Below are positions 9,473-20,427 of a stretch of DNA of 64,000 nucleotides, piece after piece. Made by a program: the position numbers and the translations under genes. The first letter of the stretch is position 1. Every line of letters begins with the position of its first letter. The stretch spans positions 2,528,001-2,592,000 of the forward strand of contig JAXHMG010000003.1 of the NCBI GenBank assembly GCA_034521595.1, read 5' to 3'. This DNA comes from Gemmatimonadota bacterium (lineage in GTDB: Bacteria > Gemmatimonadota > Gemmatimonadetes > Longimicrobiales > Gaopeijiaceae). The notes under the pieces were generated by a model. The model was not told where the DNA came from. It searched no databases and was given only the letters and a program-made list of their open reading frames with translations.

Positions 9473-10864
9473 TCAGTCCGGCAGTCCCGGCTCGGTCATC
9501 CCCCTCACATCCATCGCTTCGTCGATCTGGTCTTCGGGAAGCAGGCCCTTCTCCAGCACGACCTCGCGGACGCTGATTCCTCGGGCCGCCGCTTCCTTCG
9601 CGACAACGGCCGCCTTGTCGTACCCGATGTAGGGATTCAGCGCGGTCGCGATCGACGGGTTACGCTCGAGGAGTTCCGTGGCTCGCTCCTCGTTCACCTC
9701 GATCCCGCTGACGCAGCGATCCGCGAACACGCGCGCCGTGTTGGCCAAAAGGGTCACGGACTCGAGGAGCGCTTGCGCCAGGACCGGCATCATGACGTTG
9801 AGCTCGAAGTTGCCGCGGCTTCCGGCGACGGTGACGGTCGTGTGATTCCCCATGACGCGAGCGGCAACCATCATCATCGCCTCCGAGAGCACGGGATTGA
9901 CCTTCCCCGGCATGATCGACGAGCCCGGCTGAATCGCGGGCAACCGGATCTCGTGGATCCCCGACGTCGGGCCGGATCCCAGCCACCGGATATCGTCCGC
10001 GATCTTCATGAAGCTCGTGGCCACCGTGTTCAGCGCCCCCGAGAGCTGCACCGCCGCGTCCTTCGCCCCCTGCGCCTCGAAATGGTCGTCGGCCTCTCGA
10101 AAGGAAACTCCGCTGAGGGTTCGGAGCCGAGCGATCGCTTTCCCGGCGAACTGCTCGTGGGTATTGATCCCGGTGCCCGTGGCGGTGCCCCCCAAAGCCA
10201 ACTCCTCGAGCTCGGTACCGGCCGCACGCACGCGATCGCCGCCTTTGTCGAGTTGCGTGGCATAGCCGCGAAACTCCTGTCCGAGCCGAACCGGGGTCGC
10301 GTCCATGAGGTGCGTCCGACCGGACTTCAAGACGTCGTCGAATGCGTCCGCCTTCTCGGCCAACGCGCTCCCGAGATGTGCCAGCGCCGGGAGCAGCTCC
10401 TCCTCGACCGCGACGCGCGTGGCCACATGGATGGCCGTCGGAATGACGTCGTTGGACGACTGCCCGAAGTTGACGTGGTCATTCGGATGCACCGCGGCGT
10501 CCCCATCCGAGAGCTGGGTGGCCCGTCGCGCGATCACCTCGTTGGCATTCATGTGCGTCGACGTCCCGGATCCGGTCTGGTAGATGTCGACGACGAACTC
10601 ACCGTCCCAGCGACCGTCCGCGACCTCGTCGGCCGCCTTCACGATCGCCTCCCCGATGTCGGGATCGAGCGTACCGAGCTCGACGTTCGCCTCGGCCGCC
10701 GCCCGCTTGATCCACCCCAGCGCTTGGATGAAGCGGCGGCCGAAGCGCTGGCCACTGATCGGGAAGTTGTCGACGGCGCGCTGCGTCTGCGCCCCGTAGA
10801 GCGCCTCCGCGGGAACCTTCATCTCGCCGAGCGAGTCCTTCTCGGTACGGAACTCATCAGCCAT
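9473..10864 (-). CDS. fumC: Class II fumarate hydratase
   Basis: GSSIMPGKVNP signature, QTGSGTSTHMNANEV, GRTHLMDA. Confidence 0.95.
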   Translation of the reverse strand: MADEFRTEKDSLGEMKVPAEALYGAQTQRAVDNFPISGQRFGRRFIQALGWIKRAAAEANVELGTLDPDIGEAIVKAADEVADGRWDGEFVVDIYQTGSGTSTHMNANEVIARRATQLSDGDAAVHPNDHVNFGQSSNDVIPTAIHVATRVAVEEELLPALAHLGSALAEKADAFDDVLKSGRTHLMDATPVRLGQEFRGYATQLDKGGDRVRAAGTELEELALGGTATGTGINTHEQFAGKAIARLRTLSGVSFREADDHFEAQGAKDAAVQLSGALNTVATSFMKIADDIRWLGSGPTSGIHEIRLPAIQPGSSIMPGKVNPVLSEAMMMVAARVMGNHTTVTVAGSRGNFELNVMMPVLAQALLESVTLLANTARVFADRCVSGIEVNEERATELLERNPSIATALNPYIGYDKAAVVAKEAAARGISVREVVLEKGLLPEDQIDEAMDVRGMTEPGLPD

Positions 10865-10997
10865 GGAGACGTGTCTCCTCAGTGGGTGGGGGTTCGTGCG
10901 TCGACCCGGTCACGGGCCACGACTGTCGAACAATCTACCGGGGGTCGTGCGGGCGTGAAGCCCCCTGGTCGCGGCCCCGAAGTCGTGCCTCCGGTGT

Positions 10998-11717
10998 TCA
11001 CCGCCCCCCGCCACGGTTCGGTTGGCTCGGCCGCATCTCGATACGGCTCACATGGGCCTCCTTCGGATACTCGAGAAGCTGCATGACCGCCAACGCGCAG
11101 TCTTCGGGCTGAAGCCTCCAGGTGCGTTCGCCACTCGGCTCCCGGCCGCTGAAGGGAGTGTTCACGCTGCCGGGCATCACCACGCTGACACGGACGTCGT
11201 CGTACCGTACATCCAGCATCATCGCTTCCGTCATCCCCAGGAGTCCGAACTTGCTCGCGTTGTAGCCGGTGCCCCCCGGAAAGGTGTTGCGGCTCGCCAA
11301 TGATCCGATGTTGATGATGAATCCGTCACCGCTCTCGCTCAGAGGCTTCAGGGCGGCCTTCGAGCAGTAGAACACACCGCCGAGGTTCACGTCGATCTGA
11401 CGGCGCCATTCCTCCACGGACAGCTCGGAGATCGGCTTGAAGACTCCGAGCCCCGCGTTGTTGACCAGGATATCGAGGCGTCCGAGCTGCCGCACCGTCT
11501 GCTGCACGAGCTTCTCGCACTCCTCCGGATCCGCCACGTCACAGGGGATCGGGGTGGCGAGGTCACCGAGCTCGGCCGCGGTGCGCTCCACGTCCGCTTC
11601 GGTGCGCGCGCTCACCACCACCCGGCTCCCCGCGGCGACGAGGTGCTCGGCGACGGATCGTCCGATTCCCTTGGTGCTTCCGGTCACGATCGCGACTTTA
11701 TCGCTCAGGTCGGGCAT
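10998..11717 (-). CDS. SDR family oxidoreductase
   Basis: TGSTKGIG, NNAG, YNASK. Confidence 0.9.
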   Translation of the reverse strand: MPDLSDKVAIVTGSTKGIGRSVAEHLVAAGSRVVVSARTEADVERTAAELGDLATPIPCDVADPEECEKLVQQTVRQLGRLDILVNNAGLGVFKPISELSVEEWRRQIDVNLGGVFYCSKAALKPLSESGDGFIINIGSLASRNTFPGGTGYNASKFGLLGMTEAMMLDVRYDDVRVSVVMPGSVNTPFSGREPSGERTWRLQPEDCALAVMQLLEYPKEAHVSRIEMRPSQPNRGGGR

Positions 11718-11790
11718 AGGGCCTCTCCGCTCGGCTCGGGTTGGAAGGCGCCCGGCTCGTCGGGCGCCTTCTTCATCATGGAGTCTCGCC

Positions 11791-12540
11791 ATGAAGGGAC
11801 CACCATCGCAACGCGTCGCACTCGTCACCGGAGGGGCCGTTCGCATCGGCGCGGCCATCAGCGAGGGGCTCGCCCACACCGGCCACGACCTCGTCGTGAC
11901 GTACCGGTCGTCCGAAGAGCCCGCACGGGAGCTCGAGGAGCGGGTCCGGTCGCTCGGGCGCCGATGCGCGCTGGTATGGGCGGATCTGGCGGATCCCCAG
12001 GGATGCGCGGCCGTGGTCCGCACCGCCGCTGAGAGCTACGGACGGCTCGACGTGGTCGTGAACTCGGCGTCGACCTTCGAGGCCCGGCCACTCGCTTCCG
12101 TCGACGCGGCCGCCTGGGATGCCGTCATGGCCGTGAACGTGCGCGCACCCCATCTCGTGGTCCGCGCCGCCATCGACCTCCTGCGCGCCTCCCGGGGCTC
12201 GGTCGTCAACATCGCGGATCTGTCCGCGCTCGAACCGTGGACGGCGTTTCCGGATCACTCGGTCTCGAAAGCCGCGCTGGTCCACCTGACCCGCGTGCAA
12301 GCGAAGTCTCTGGCTCCCGAAGTGCGGGTCAACGCCGTCGTGCCCGGAGCCGTGCTCCAGCCCGAGCACAGCTCTCCGGCACACTGGGATCGTCTGGCCA
12401 AGGCCGCCCCGCTCGAGCGGACCGGCTCTCCGGCGGACGTGGTCGACGCCGTGCGCTACCTCATCGCCGCGGAGTTCGTGACCGGACAAGTCCTGACGGT
12501 GGACGGCGGACGCTCGCTCGGGACGACCACCCCACCTTGA
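11791..12540 (+). CDS. Pteridine reductase/FolM-like SDR
   Basis: TGGAVRIG, NSAS, NIAD, VTGQVLTVDGG; HSVSK in place of YxxxK. Confidence 0.8.
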   Translation: MKGPPSQRVALVTGGAVRIGAAISEGLAHTGHDLVVTYRSSEEPARELEERVRSLGRRCALVWADLADPQGCAAVVRTAAESYGRLDVVVNSASTFEARPLASVDAAAWDAVMAVNVRAPHLVVRAAIDLLRASRGSVVNIADLSALEPWTAFPDHSVSKAALVHLTRVQAKSLAPEVRVNAVVPGAVLQPEHSSPAHWDRLAKAAPLERTGSPADVVDAVRYLIAAEFVTGQVLTVDGGRSLGTTTPP

Positions 12541-12550
12541 CAGCCCGCTG

Positions 12551-13567
12551 CTAGCCGACGGGCTCCTGCGCCTCGGTGCTCGCAGCAGCTTCAGCTCCCC
12601 CCAAAGCGAGCCAACGCTCCGCTTCGAGCGCCGCCATGCAGCCGGTGCCGGCCGCGGTCACCGCCTGCCGGTAGAAGTCGTCCATGACGTCTCCCGCCGC
12701 GTAGACGCCAGGAACGGACGTTTGGGTCCGCCAGGGAATCGGCGTCTCGATGTAGCCGTTCTCCCTCAAGTCCACCGCTCCCTCGAGGAAGCCCGTGTTG
12801 GGATCGTGTCCGATCGCGACGAACAGCCCTCCGATCTCCAGCCTGCTCTCGTCACCGGTGACGGTATCACGAAGCCGAAGCGCGCTGACCGATTCCTCAC
12901 CCTCCACCTCGGTGACGACCTTGTTCCATTCGACGCGGATCTTCTCGTGGTCCAACGCCCGGTCGGCCATGATCTTCGAAGCGCGGAACTCGTCACGCCG
13001 GTGCACGATCACCACCTCCCGAGCGAACTTCGCGAGGTAGAGCGCATCCTCCATCGCCGAGTCCCCGCCGCCGACCACCGCGAGCACCTGGTCGCGGAAA
13101 TGCGGCAGCGCGCCGTCGCACACGGCGCAGGCGCTGACGCCACCACCGGACTGGGCGAGGCGCTCCTCGTTGGGCAGACCCAACCACCGGGCGTTCGCGC
13201 CCGTCGCCACGATGACCGAATCGGCCACGACCTCACGCTCACCGCTCGTTCGGAGCCGGAAGGGGTGCTGCGAGACATCGACGCCCACCACGTCTTCCCA
13301 TGCCGTTCTCGTGCCGAAGCGAACGGCCTGGGCGCGCATCTCGGTCATCAGCTCGGGACCCGTCACGCCCTCCTTGAACCCGGGATAGTTCTCCACCTCG
13401 GTGGTGAACATGAGCTGCCCACCCGGAATCATGGTGCGGCTTCCGGCTCCCTCGAAGACGAAGGGCTCCATGTCCGCCCGGGCCGCGTAGATCGCCGCCG
13501 TCCACGCCGCCGGCCCGGAACCGATGATGACTACGGTCTCACGCTCACGGGGTCCTTGATCCGCCAT
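12551..13567 (-). CDS. trxB: Thioredoxin-disulfide reductase
   Basis: [29 protein letters not shown]. Confidence 0.95.
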   Translation of the reverse strand: MADQGPRERETVVIIGSGPAAWTAAIYAARADMEPFVFEGAGSRTMIPGGQLMFTTEVENYPGFKEGVTGPELMTEMRAQAVRFGTRTAWEDVVGVDVSQHPFRLRTSGEREVVADSVIVATGANARWLGLPNEERLAQSGGGVSACAVCDGALPHFRDQVLAVVGGGDSAMEDALYLAKFAREVVIVHRRDEFRASKIMADRALDHEKIRVEWNKVVTEVEGEESVSALRLRDTVTGDESRLEIGGLFVAIGHDPNTGFLEGAVDLRENGYIETPIPWRTQTSVPGVYAAGDVMDDFYRQAVTAAGTGCMAALEAERWLALGGAEAAASTEAQEPVG

Positions 13568-13572
13568 CGTAC

Positions 13573-14577
13573 TTACTCCTTGAAGACCTTCATGTTGGTC
13601 GAATGCCCCGGGTTCACGCGCGCCGAGGGATCGACGAAGTGGACCGCGTTGTTGACCGCCACGGCCGCCTCTGCGAAACCCGTGGCGATGAGGTCGAGTT
13701 TCCCTTCGTAGTCTACGACGTCTCCCGCGGCATAGATCCCGGACACGTTGGTCCCCATCAACCGATCCACCAGGATGCGGTTCTTGTCGACTTCCAGCCC
13801 CCAGTTCTTGATCGGCCCCAGATCGGGCTTGAAGCCGAGACACGAGATCACGACATCGCAGGGGATCTCCGTGTTCTCGTCGGTCCGGTTGTCGAAGATC
13901 GTCACCCGCTCGACCGTATCGTTCCCGTGAATCTCGCGGATCTCGTGGAACGTCCTGAGATCGATCTCGCCGGCCTCCGCGGCGGCTTCCATCTGCTCCA
14001 CCGAGGAGCCGTGCGCCCGCCACCCGTCACGCCGGTGCACGAGAGTCATCGATTCGGCCGTATCCTTGAGCATGAGCACGAAGTCGAGCGCGGAGTCGCC
14101 ACCGCCGACCACGACCACGCGCTTCCCGCGGAACGCGTCCGGATCCCGAACCGCGAACTCGATGCCCCGGTGCATGAAATCTTCGTATCCGGGGCAAGAG
14201 AGCGTCATGGGCTCGAACGCTCCCTTCCCACCGGCGATCACGATCGTGCGGCTCCGAAACCGTCCGTCGGAGCAGGTGAGCACGAAGTGGTCGTCGACCC
14301 GCTCCAGCGTCCGAACCTGTTGCTCGAGCACGACCTCCGGATCGAACTGCATCGCTTGCTGAACGAGGTTCCGGGTCAGCTCCTTGGCCATGATCTTGGG
14401 ATAGCCACCCACGTCGAAGATGTACTTCTCCGGATACAGGGCCGTCAGCTGACCTCCGAGCTCGGGGAGGGAATCGACGATACGGCAGGAGGAGCCCCTC
14501 ATTCCGGCGTAGAATGCCGCGAACAGGCCCGTCGGCCCTCCGCCGATGATGGTGATATCGCGAATCTCGTCAGCCAT
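13573..14577 (-). CDS. TrxR-type ferredoxin--NADP+ reductase
   Basis: [27 protein letters not shown], no CxxC, C-terminal GHST. Confidence 0.85.
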   Translation of the reverse strand: MADEIRDITIIGGGPTGLFAAFYAGMRGSSCRIVDSLPELGGQLTALYPEKYIFDVGGYPKIMAKELTRNLVQQAMQFDPEVVLEQQVRTLERVDDHFVLTCSDGRFRSRTIVIAGGKGAFEPMTLSCPGYEDFMHRGIEFAVRDPDAFRGKRVVVVGGGDSALDFVLMLKDTAESMTLVHRRDGWRAHGSSVEQMEAAAEAGEIDLRTFHEIREIHGNDTVERVTIFDNRTDENTEIPCDVVISCLGFKPDLGPIKNWGLEVDKNRILVDRLMGTNVSGIYAAGDVVDYEGKLDLIATGFAEAAVAVNNAVHFVDPSARVNPGHSTNMKVFKE

Positions 14578-14679
14578 GAGCTTCAGTGGAGCGCGCGCCG
14601 CGCCGGCTCGGGGCACGCGGATGAGACGGATCGGGGAAGCCCCCCGAGCGTCACAAGTGTAACGCTCCCTCGAAACCGA

Positions 14680-15951
14680 TCAAACGGGCGCAGCCTCTTC
14701 ACTGGCGGCCTCTCCACCATAGAAATCCGAGGCACGGTAGCGCTCGAGCGCCCGCAAGACGAGGAGCTTACCCATGGCCGCGGCCGGGACCCCGATCAAC
14801 AGACCGACGAACCCGAAGAAGTAGCCCCCGAGCGCCAGGGCGAGCACGACCCACACGGGATGCAAGCCCACGGACTCTCCGACGATCCGCGGTGAGATCA
14901 CGGTGCCTTCGAGCCCTTGGGCCACGGCGTAGACGACGGCGACTTTCAGAAGTGAGAGCGCCACGGATCCGCTCACCAACGCGATGAGGATCGCCGGAGC
15001 CAGGCTGAGCACCAGACCGAGGTAGGGCACGATCGAGAAGACCGCCACGATCAGCCCCAGCGTCGCCGCGTATGGGAAGCTCACCGCCCAGAGCCCGAGC
15101 CCCGTGACGAGGCCGACGATGGCCGCCACGGTGACCTGGCCCCGCAGATAGCGGGCGATGAGCCGGTCACCCTCCCGGGCGAACGAGACCGTGTCGTCGC
15201 GACGGTCCTCCGGAACGAGCTCCGCCAACCGAGCCGTGATCCGATCCCAGTCGCGCAAGAGATAGAACGTCAGGACGGGCGTGAGCGCCACATAGCCGAG
15301 CACGGTGAAGGCCGAGCCGATCCCTCGCCCCAGGCCCAACACTCCCTCCCAGATCCAGCGTCCGAGGTCGGCCCGGCGCTCCTCCAAGAACGCGACCACG
15401 GCCTCGCCGTCCACGGCACGGAGGCGCGTGAGCAGCGCCTCTTCGTCGACGAGTGGCACATCGAGCGTCCCGAGTCGAGCCGGCGATGCCTCGATCCAGT
15501 CGGCGATCCGCGCGAAGAAGACCGGGAGATCCGAGAGGATGGTCCCCACCTGTCTCGCGGCCGCCGGAATCGCGACGAACAGGAGCAATCCCAGCGCCCC
15601 GAGCGCAGGAAGCGCCAGCAGGAGGATGGCGACCGTTCGCGGGATCCTCCGCTCTTGCATCCAGTCCACGAGCGGGTCGAGCACGTACGCCAACACGACG
15701 GCGAGCACGAACGGCGCGAGGAGCGTCCCGGTCGTCGACAACAGCCAGACCAGGGTGATCACTCCCGCGATGCCCAGAAGCGCCCCGTACCCGGCTCGAC
15801 CGCGGTGCGGGAGCATCACGCCCCAAAAGAGCAGGAAGAGGAAGACGGGGTTGAGGATGGATCGCGTCGAGAAGAGAAAGAACCCCAGCACGAGCACGAC
15901 GGCCGCGGTCTGAACCCACGGCCACGCGCTTCCCCCGTCTCGATCGCTCAC
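14680..15951 (-). CDS. AI-2E family transporter
   Basis: Multi-pass membrane protein; PFVLAVVLAYVLDP, YLRGQ, PRIVGESVGLHP. Confidence 0.9.
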   Translation of the reverse strand: MSDRDGGSAWPWVQTAAVVLVLGFFLFSTRSILNPVFLFLLFWGVMLPHRGRAGYGALLGIAGVITLVWLLSTTGTLLAPFVLAVVLAYVLDPLVDWMQERRIPRTVAILLLALPALGALGLLLFVAIPAAARQVGTILSDLPVFFARIADWIEASPARLGTLDVPLVDEEALLTRLRAVDGEAVVAFLEERRADLGRWIWEGVLGLGRGIGSAFTVLGYVALTPVLTFYLLRDWDRITARLAELVPEDRRDDTVSFAREGDRLIARYLRGQVTVAAIVGLVTGLGLWAVSFPYAATLGLIVAVFSIVPYLGLVLSLAPAILIALVSGSVALSLLKVAVVYAVAQGLEGTVISPRIVGESVGLHPVWVVLALALGGYFFGFVGLLIGVPAAAMGKLLVLRALERYRASDFYGGEAASEEAAPV

Positions 15952-15962
15952 CGCGCCACGGA

Positions 15963-17003
15963 TCAGAAGATCGAGAGCCGCACGTAGCGGCCGGGATTCT
16001 CCCGAAAGTCCGCCAACAGCCGGTCGAGCTGGGCGAGCACGCCCTCCGCCTGGACCGCGAAAGTGGTGTCCGTGAGCAACCGCCCGAGCGAGCCTTCACC
16101 CCGCTCGAGGCGCTCGGTCATACGATCGATGCGCGCGAACGTCGAATCCGCGCGTTGCAACGTTCCGTCCAATCCCCCGGTCGAATCCGTGAGCTGCTCC
16201 ATGATCCTTCGGAGGTCCTGGGACGCGACGGAGACATTCGTGATCATCGAGTCGACCTTCTCGTCGGCGAGCAGGCCGTCCACCCGCTCGAACGACGTCC
16301 GGGCGGCGACCGCGGCGGTCTGGATCTCTCCGAGCGCGCTGTCGGCGTTGGCCGTGAGCGCCTCAGCGACGGCGGCCTGCTGATTCACGAGCGTGCGCAC
16401 CTCCTCGGTGATCGCTTCGATGTTCCCGATGGCGCGGGCCAAATTGTCGGCGGTTTCCTGGTTGAACGCGATCTCGAAGCGCTCGGTGAGCTCCGCCAGG
16501 TTCCCGGAGATCTCCTCGGCCGACGCCGTGAGCCGCGATATCTCCGGAAGCGCATACCCTCCGAGCACGGGCACGGACTCGGGCTGCTCCATGCCACGGC
16601 GATCAACCGTCCGCCGGATGACCGAATCTTCCACCTCGAAGAACGGGAATCGTGGATACGCGTCACGGCTGACGATCTCGGCCTGCCACGCGCCGAACAG
16701 CGATTCGGGACCGAGCACGACACCCGCGTCGTCGGGAAGCGTGACCTCTTCGTCGAGGAGCAAGCTCACCCGCACCGCTTCACCACCGGGCTCCACCTGA
16801 ATCCGTGACACCTGGCCGATGGGAACGCCGCGGTAGGTCACCACGTTGCCTTCGGCGAGCTGGCCGGCGCTTTCCAGGCGGACGTCGATCGGCATCAACG
16901 TCACGCCGAAGTTGGTGCCCTGGAGCCAAAGCGTGCCACCGACACCGACGATGATCGCTCCGATGATGACGAGCCCAACCAGCAGCTCTTTCCCTCGATT
17001 CAT
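15963..17003 (-). CDS. mlaD: MlaD/MCE family protein
   Basis: N-terminal TM anchor, VTYRGVPIGQV MCE motif, coiled coil ending GSLGRLL. Confidence 0.88.
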   Translation of the reverse strand: MNRGKELLVGLVIIGAIIVGVGGTLWLQGTNFGVTLMPIDVRLESAGQLAEGNVVTYRGVPIGQVSRIQVEPGGEAVRVSLLLDEEVTLPDDAGVVLGPESLFGAWQAEIVSRDAYPRFPFFEVEDSVIRRTVDRRGMEQPESVPVLGGYALPEISRLTASAEEISGNLAELTERFEIAFNQETADNLARAIGNIEAITEEVRTLVNQQAAVAEALTANADSALGEIQTAAVAARTSFERVDGLLADEKVDSMITNVSVASQDLRRIMEQLTDSTGGLDGTLQRADSTFARIDRMTERLERGEGSLGRLLTDTTFAVQAEGVLAQLDRLLADFRENPGRYVRLSIF

Positions 17004-17749
17004 AGGGCGGACTCCATCAACTCTGGTCTTCCTTCGACGAACCCTTTCACCACCCCGTCGTCCGTGTTGCGGACCTCTTCGGGGCTTCCCTCGAAGCGGA
17101 TGTGCCCCTCGTACAGCATCGCAATCCGGTCCGAAATGCGATATGCGCTCGTCATGTCGTGTGTGATGACGATCCCTGTCACCGAGAGTTCGTCGGCCAT
17201 GCGGATGATCAGGTCGTCGATGACGGCCGTGGTGACCGGATCCAGACCCGTTGTGGGCTCATCGTAGAGAAGGTACTTGGGCTCCGTCGCGATCGCTCTC
17301 GCGAGCCCCGCACGCTTCTGCTGTCCCCCGGAAAGCTCGGCGGGGAGACGAGCACCATATCCCTGGAGATCCACGAGGCGGAGGCACTCGTGCGCGCGGT
17401 CGCGGATCTCGTCGTCCGTATGCGTGCCCATCCGCTTGAGACCCATGCCGACATTCTCCTCGATCGTCATGGAATCGAACAGCGCGGCAAACTGAAAGAC
17501 GTATCCGACCTTCCGGCGGAGCTTGTAGAGCGACTGCTGATCGAGCCTGCCCACGTTCTCGCCATCGACCCAGACCTCGCCCTCGTCCGGACGCAGCAGC
17601 CCGATGATGTGCTTCAGAGCAACCGACTTTCCGGAACCCGATCCACCAATGATGGTCATTGTCTGACCCTCCGCGATCGATACGGAAAAGCCCTTGAGCA
17701 CCTCGTTGCTCCCGAAGGCCTTGTGCACGTCGACCATCTCGATGCTCAT
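17000..17749 (-). CDS. mlaF: MlaF-type ABC transporter ATP-binding protein
   Basis: GGSGSGKS, FQFAALFDS, LSGGQQKR, YDEPTTGLDP. Confidence 0.9.
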   Translation of the reverse strand: MSIEMVDVHKAFGSNEVLKGFSVSIAEGQTMTIIGGSGSGKSVALKHIIGLLRPDEGEVWVDGENVGRLDQQSLYKLRRKVGYVFQFAALFDSMTIEENVGMGLKRMGTHTDDEIRDRAHECLRLVDLQGYGARLPAELSGGQQKRAGLARAIATEPKYLLYDEPTTGLDPVTTAVIDDLIIRMADELSVTGIVITHDMTSAYRISDRIAMLYEGHIRFEGSPEEVRNTDDGVVKGFVEGRPELMESAL

Positions 17750-18525
17750 AGGAGTACCGCCGCCCAGAAGGCGTCCAGAACGAGGATCACCATGCTCGAC
17801 ACCACGACGGCCCGTGTGGTGGCCCTCCCCACCCCTTCCGCTCCGCCACTCGTATGGAAGCCGAACGCACACCCCACGGCCGTCACCGTGAGCCCGAAAG
17901 AGGCCGATTTGATCAGCGAGTACCTCACGTCGAACGGGAGGAAGAACAGCCGCAGCCCCTTCACGAACTCCTGGGACGACATGTCGAGCAGCGCCATCGA
18001 CGTGACCCACCCGGCCACGACCCCCACACAGTTCGCGAGCGTGACCACGACCGGGAACATGAGAATGCCCGCGAGCACCTTGGGTACCACCAGATACGCG
18101 ATAGGATCGTAGGCTAGAGCCTCCAGCGCGTCGATTTGCTCCGAAACGCGCATCGACCCGAGCTCTGCGGCGATGTTGGCACCGACCCGCCCGGACAGCG
18201 CGAGCCCGGTCAGCACCGGACCCAACTCCAACACCATCGTCTTCCCGACAAGGGTCCCGACGAAGTACAGGGGAACGGCACCCGTGAACGTATAGGACGC
18301 CTGGAGGGCGAGCACGATTCCCGTGAACATCGCGATGAACAGCGCGATAGGAACGGATTCCACACCCACGCGAGCCATCTGGCCGAGCAGGTGGGGCGCC
18401 CAGAGGCCGACCTTCCGCAGGGCGTCGACAGCGTCCGCACCGAGGTATCCGGCCCGGCCGAGCGCGGCTACGCTCGACAAAGCCCCGCGGCCGATCGCCC
18501 GTACAGGATTCAGGATCGCTTCCAT
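17746..18525 (-). CDS. mlaE: MlaE-type ABC transporter permease
   Basis: ELGPVLTG, AELGSMRVSEQIDAL, GAEGVGRATT. Confidence 0.93.
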   Translation of the reverse strand: MEAILNPVRAIGRGALSSVAALGRAGYLGADAVDALRKVGLWAPHLLGQMARVGVESVPIALFIAMFTGIVLALQASYTFTGAVPLYFVGTLVGKTMVLELGPVLTGLALSGRVGANIAAELGSMRVSEQIDALEALAYDPIAYLVVPKVLAGILMFPVVVTLANCVGVVAGWVTSMALLDMSSQEFVKGLRLFFLPFDVRYSLIKSASFGLTVTAVGCAFGFHTSGGAEGVGRATTRAVVVSSMVILVLDAFWAAVLL

Positions 18526-18530
18526 ACCCG

Positions 18531-18536
18531 ATTATA
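18531..18536 (-). promoter_or_regulatory. Consensus -10 box (TATAAT) 5 nt before the mlaE ATG
   Basis: Minus strand reads TATAAT-CGGGT-ATG; no Shine-Dalgarno possible in between. Confidence 0.55.
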
Positions 18537-18588
18537 CTACGGATGAGGCCAATGCACAGAGGGGGCGACCTCTAGCGAGTGGCTCGCG

Positions 18589-18936
18589 TCAGTCGTGGAC
18601 CGGGGCGCGCTCCAGCGTGAACTCCACTTCCTCGGTCCGTCCATCGCCCGCCGAGACCTCGTACGCGACCCGCACCCGTCGCACCGCCGAGCCCGGATCG
18701 GTGACCGCCACCTCGAAGTCGAGATCCTGGTCGGCCGACGTGATTCTCGTGCGCACCCGCTCGCCGGGCTGTGCCTCGGGTAGCCCCGGATTCCGGAAGA
18801 GCGTCTTGGTCGACTGGCGACCGCTTTCGAGCTGCCGGGTGACCTTCACGAGGCGAAGCCAGTCCGGTTGATAACTCACACCGTACACGTAGCCCCGCTG
18901 GTCGGCACCCGTCCCGTCCCGGTTGTGTCGTGCCAC
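18589..18936 (-). CDS. Hypothetical protein
   Basis: 115-aa ORF with protein-like composition; TTGACA (19007-19012, minus strand) upstream in an AT-richer spacer. Confidence 0.65.
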   Translation of the reverse strand: MARHNRDGTGADQRGYVYGVSYQPDWLRLVKVTRQLESGRQSTKTLFRNPGLPEAQPGERVRTRITSADQDLDFEVAVTDPGSAVRRVRVAYEVSAGDGRTEEVEFTLERAPVHD

Positions 18937-19093
18937 CCGGCCCCTCCGCGAGCTCAGTATTCCTAAAAAAAGTGATCAAACAAATGTTTCTCGCCAACCC
19001 GGTGAATTGTCAAGATCACCCTTCGACGACCGCGGGATGACCTGTGACATACGCGATGTTCGTCGCCACCGGTATGCGCGAATTATTCACGAA

Positions 19094-20254
19094 TTACACA
19101 CGCAACGGCACGGGGACGAAGGAGAGAAAAAAGATCAAGATGAGGATCACGCCGAGGACGAAGCGGGTCTTCCCGATCTCGGGTGCCCGCTGGATCACGG
19201 GCGGATGCGTGACCTTCCCCCGATGGAGCACCGCGATCAGCCCGCCCCAGGCCCACCACCCCCACCACACGAACCCGAGCGGCACCATGGCCACGAGGAA
19301 CCACCGTGCCGCCTTCGCCGAGCGTGCCGGATGCATCGCATAGAGGACGTGCCCTCCATCCAACTGGCCCAGCGGTAACAGGTTGAGAGCCGTCACGAAG
19401 AGGCCCAGCCAACCCACGAGCGCCAGGGGATGGAGGAGGATCGGAGCTTCGCCGAGCGGCATGGGCAAAGCCAACGATGCTACGAAGTGCGTCATCAGGC
19501 CATTTCCCAGCCACACCGGCTGGCCTGCGAAGCGAATCAAAAACGGGGTGCCGATGGAAGCGTCGCCCGGCACCGGCTGGGACAGCGCCAAGCCGACCGC
19601 GAGGAGAGGAATCGAAAGGACGAAGCTGACCAACGGCCCGGCGGCGCCCACGTCGAAGAGCGTGGACCTCCGCACGGTCGGGCCCTTGAGCCGGATGAAA
19701 GCCCCCACGGTGCCGATGATCGAGAAGTACGGAGGGAAAGGAATCACGTAGGGCAAGGAGGCTCGCACCCGGTGCGCGCGAGCCGCCACGTAGTGGCCCA
19801 TCTCGTGGGCGAGCAGCACCCCCAGGAACGGCAGAGCGAAAAGCGCACCGCCGAGGAGGGTCTCCCACTGCACCCCCGACGGATACGGAAGGAAGAAGCC
19901 GCCGAGGTCGAGCGCGCGCGTGCGAAACGGATCGCGCCCACCCATGAGCGCGCCCGCGGCGAGGGTGGTCACGAGGGTGACGGCGAGCAGCGCCGCGTGG
20001 AGCCATGGCACGCCCGACCGCTCGGACCGCATCTCGAACACCAGGACGACGTGCGTCACGCCGTCGCGATGATCGAGGTACGCGGGAGCAGGCCAGGCTT
20101 CGAGCGCCTCCACGACCTCGGGCGAAGCCCCGTCGAGTCCCGGTCGGAGCGTGCCCTCCAACACCGTATCGTGGGGTAGCGTCGTGAGGCGATAGGAGTC
20201 CAGCAACGGCAACCACACGGCCGGATCGAGCTTGACCGGCTTTCCGGCGCCCAT
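19094..20254 (-). CDS. Site-2 protease (M50 family)
   Basis: [21 protein letters not shown]. Confidence 0.92.
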   Translation of the reverse strand: MGAGKPVKLDPAVWLPLLDSYRLTTLPHDTVLEGTLRPGLDGASPEVVEALEAWPAPAYLDHRDGVTHVVLVFEMRSERSGVPWLHAALLAVTLVTTLAAGALMGGRDPFRTRALDLGGFFLPYPSGVQWETLLGGALFALPFLGVLLAHEMGHYVAARAHRVRASLPYVIPFPPYFSIIGTVGAFIRLKGPTVRRSTLFDVGAAGPLVSFVLSIPLLAVGLALSQPVPGDASIGTPFLIRFAGQPVWLGNGLMTHFVASLALPMPLGEAPILLHPLALVGWLGLFVTALNLLPLGQLDGGHVLYAMHPARSAKAARWFLVAMVPLGFVWWGWWAWGGLIAVLHRGKVTHPPVIQRAPEIGKTRFVLGVILILIFFLSFVPVPLRV

Positions 20255-20427
20255 TAGTATCGCCTCATCTTGGATATTTAGCTGTCGTTCCGTCCAGCGA
20301 GCCTTCCCTCCCGTCGCCGCTCGCGGGCTCTCTGCCCGTCACGGTCACGCCTGCCACCCAGCATCCGCCCTCCGGCGAGCCGCCGCAGCCGGCGCTCCCT
20401 CCAGGGTCTCACCACCGGAGCCCTCCT

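Noticed and set aside
19076-19093. Rex-like operator GCGCGAATTATTCACGAA
   Set aside because: Spacer is one base short of TTGTG-N8-CACAA and the arms are mismatched
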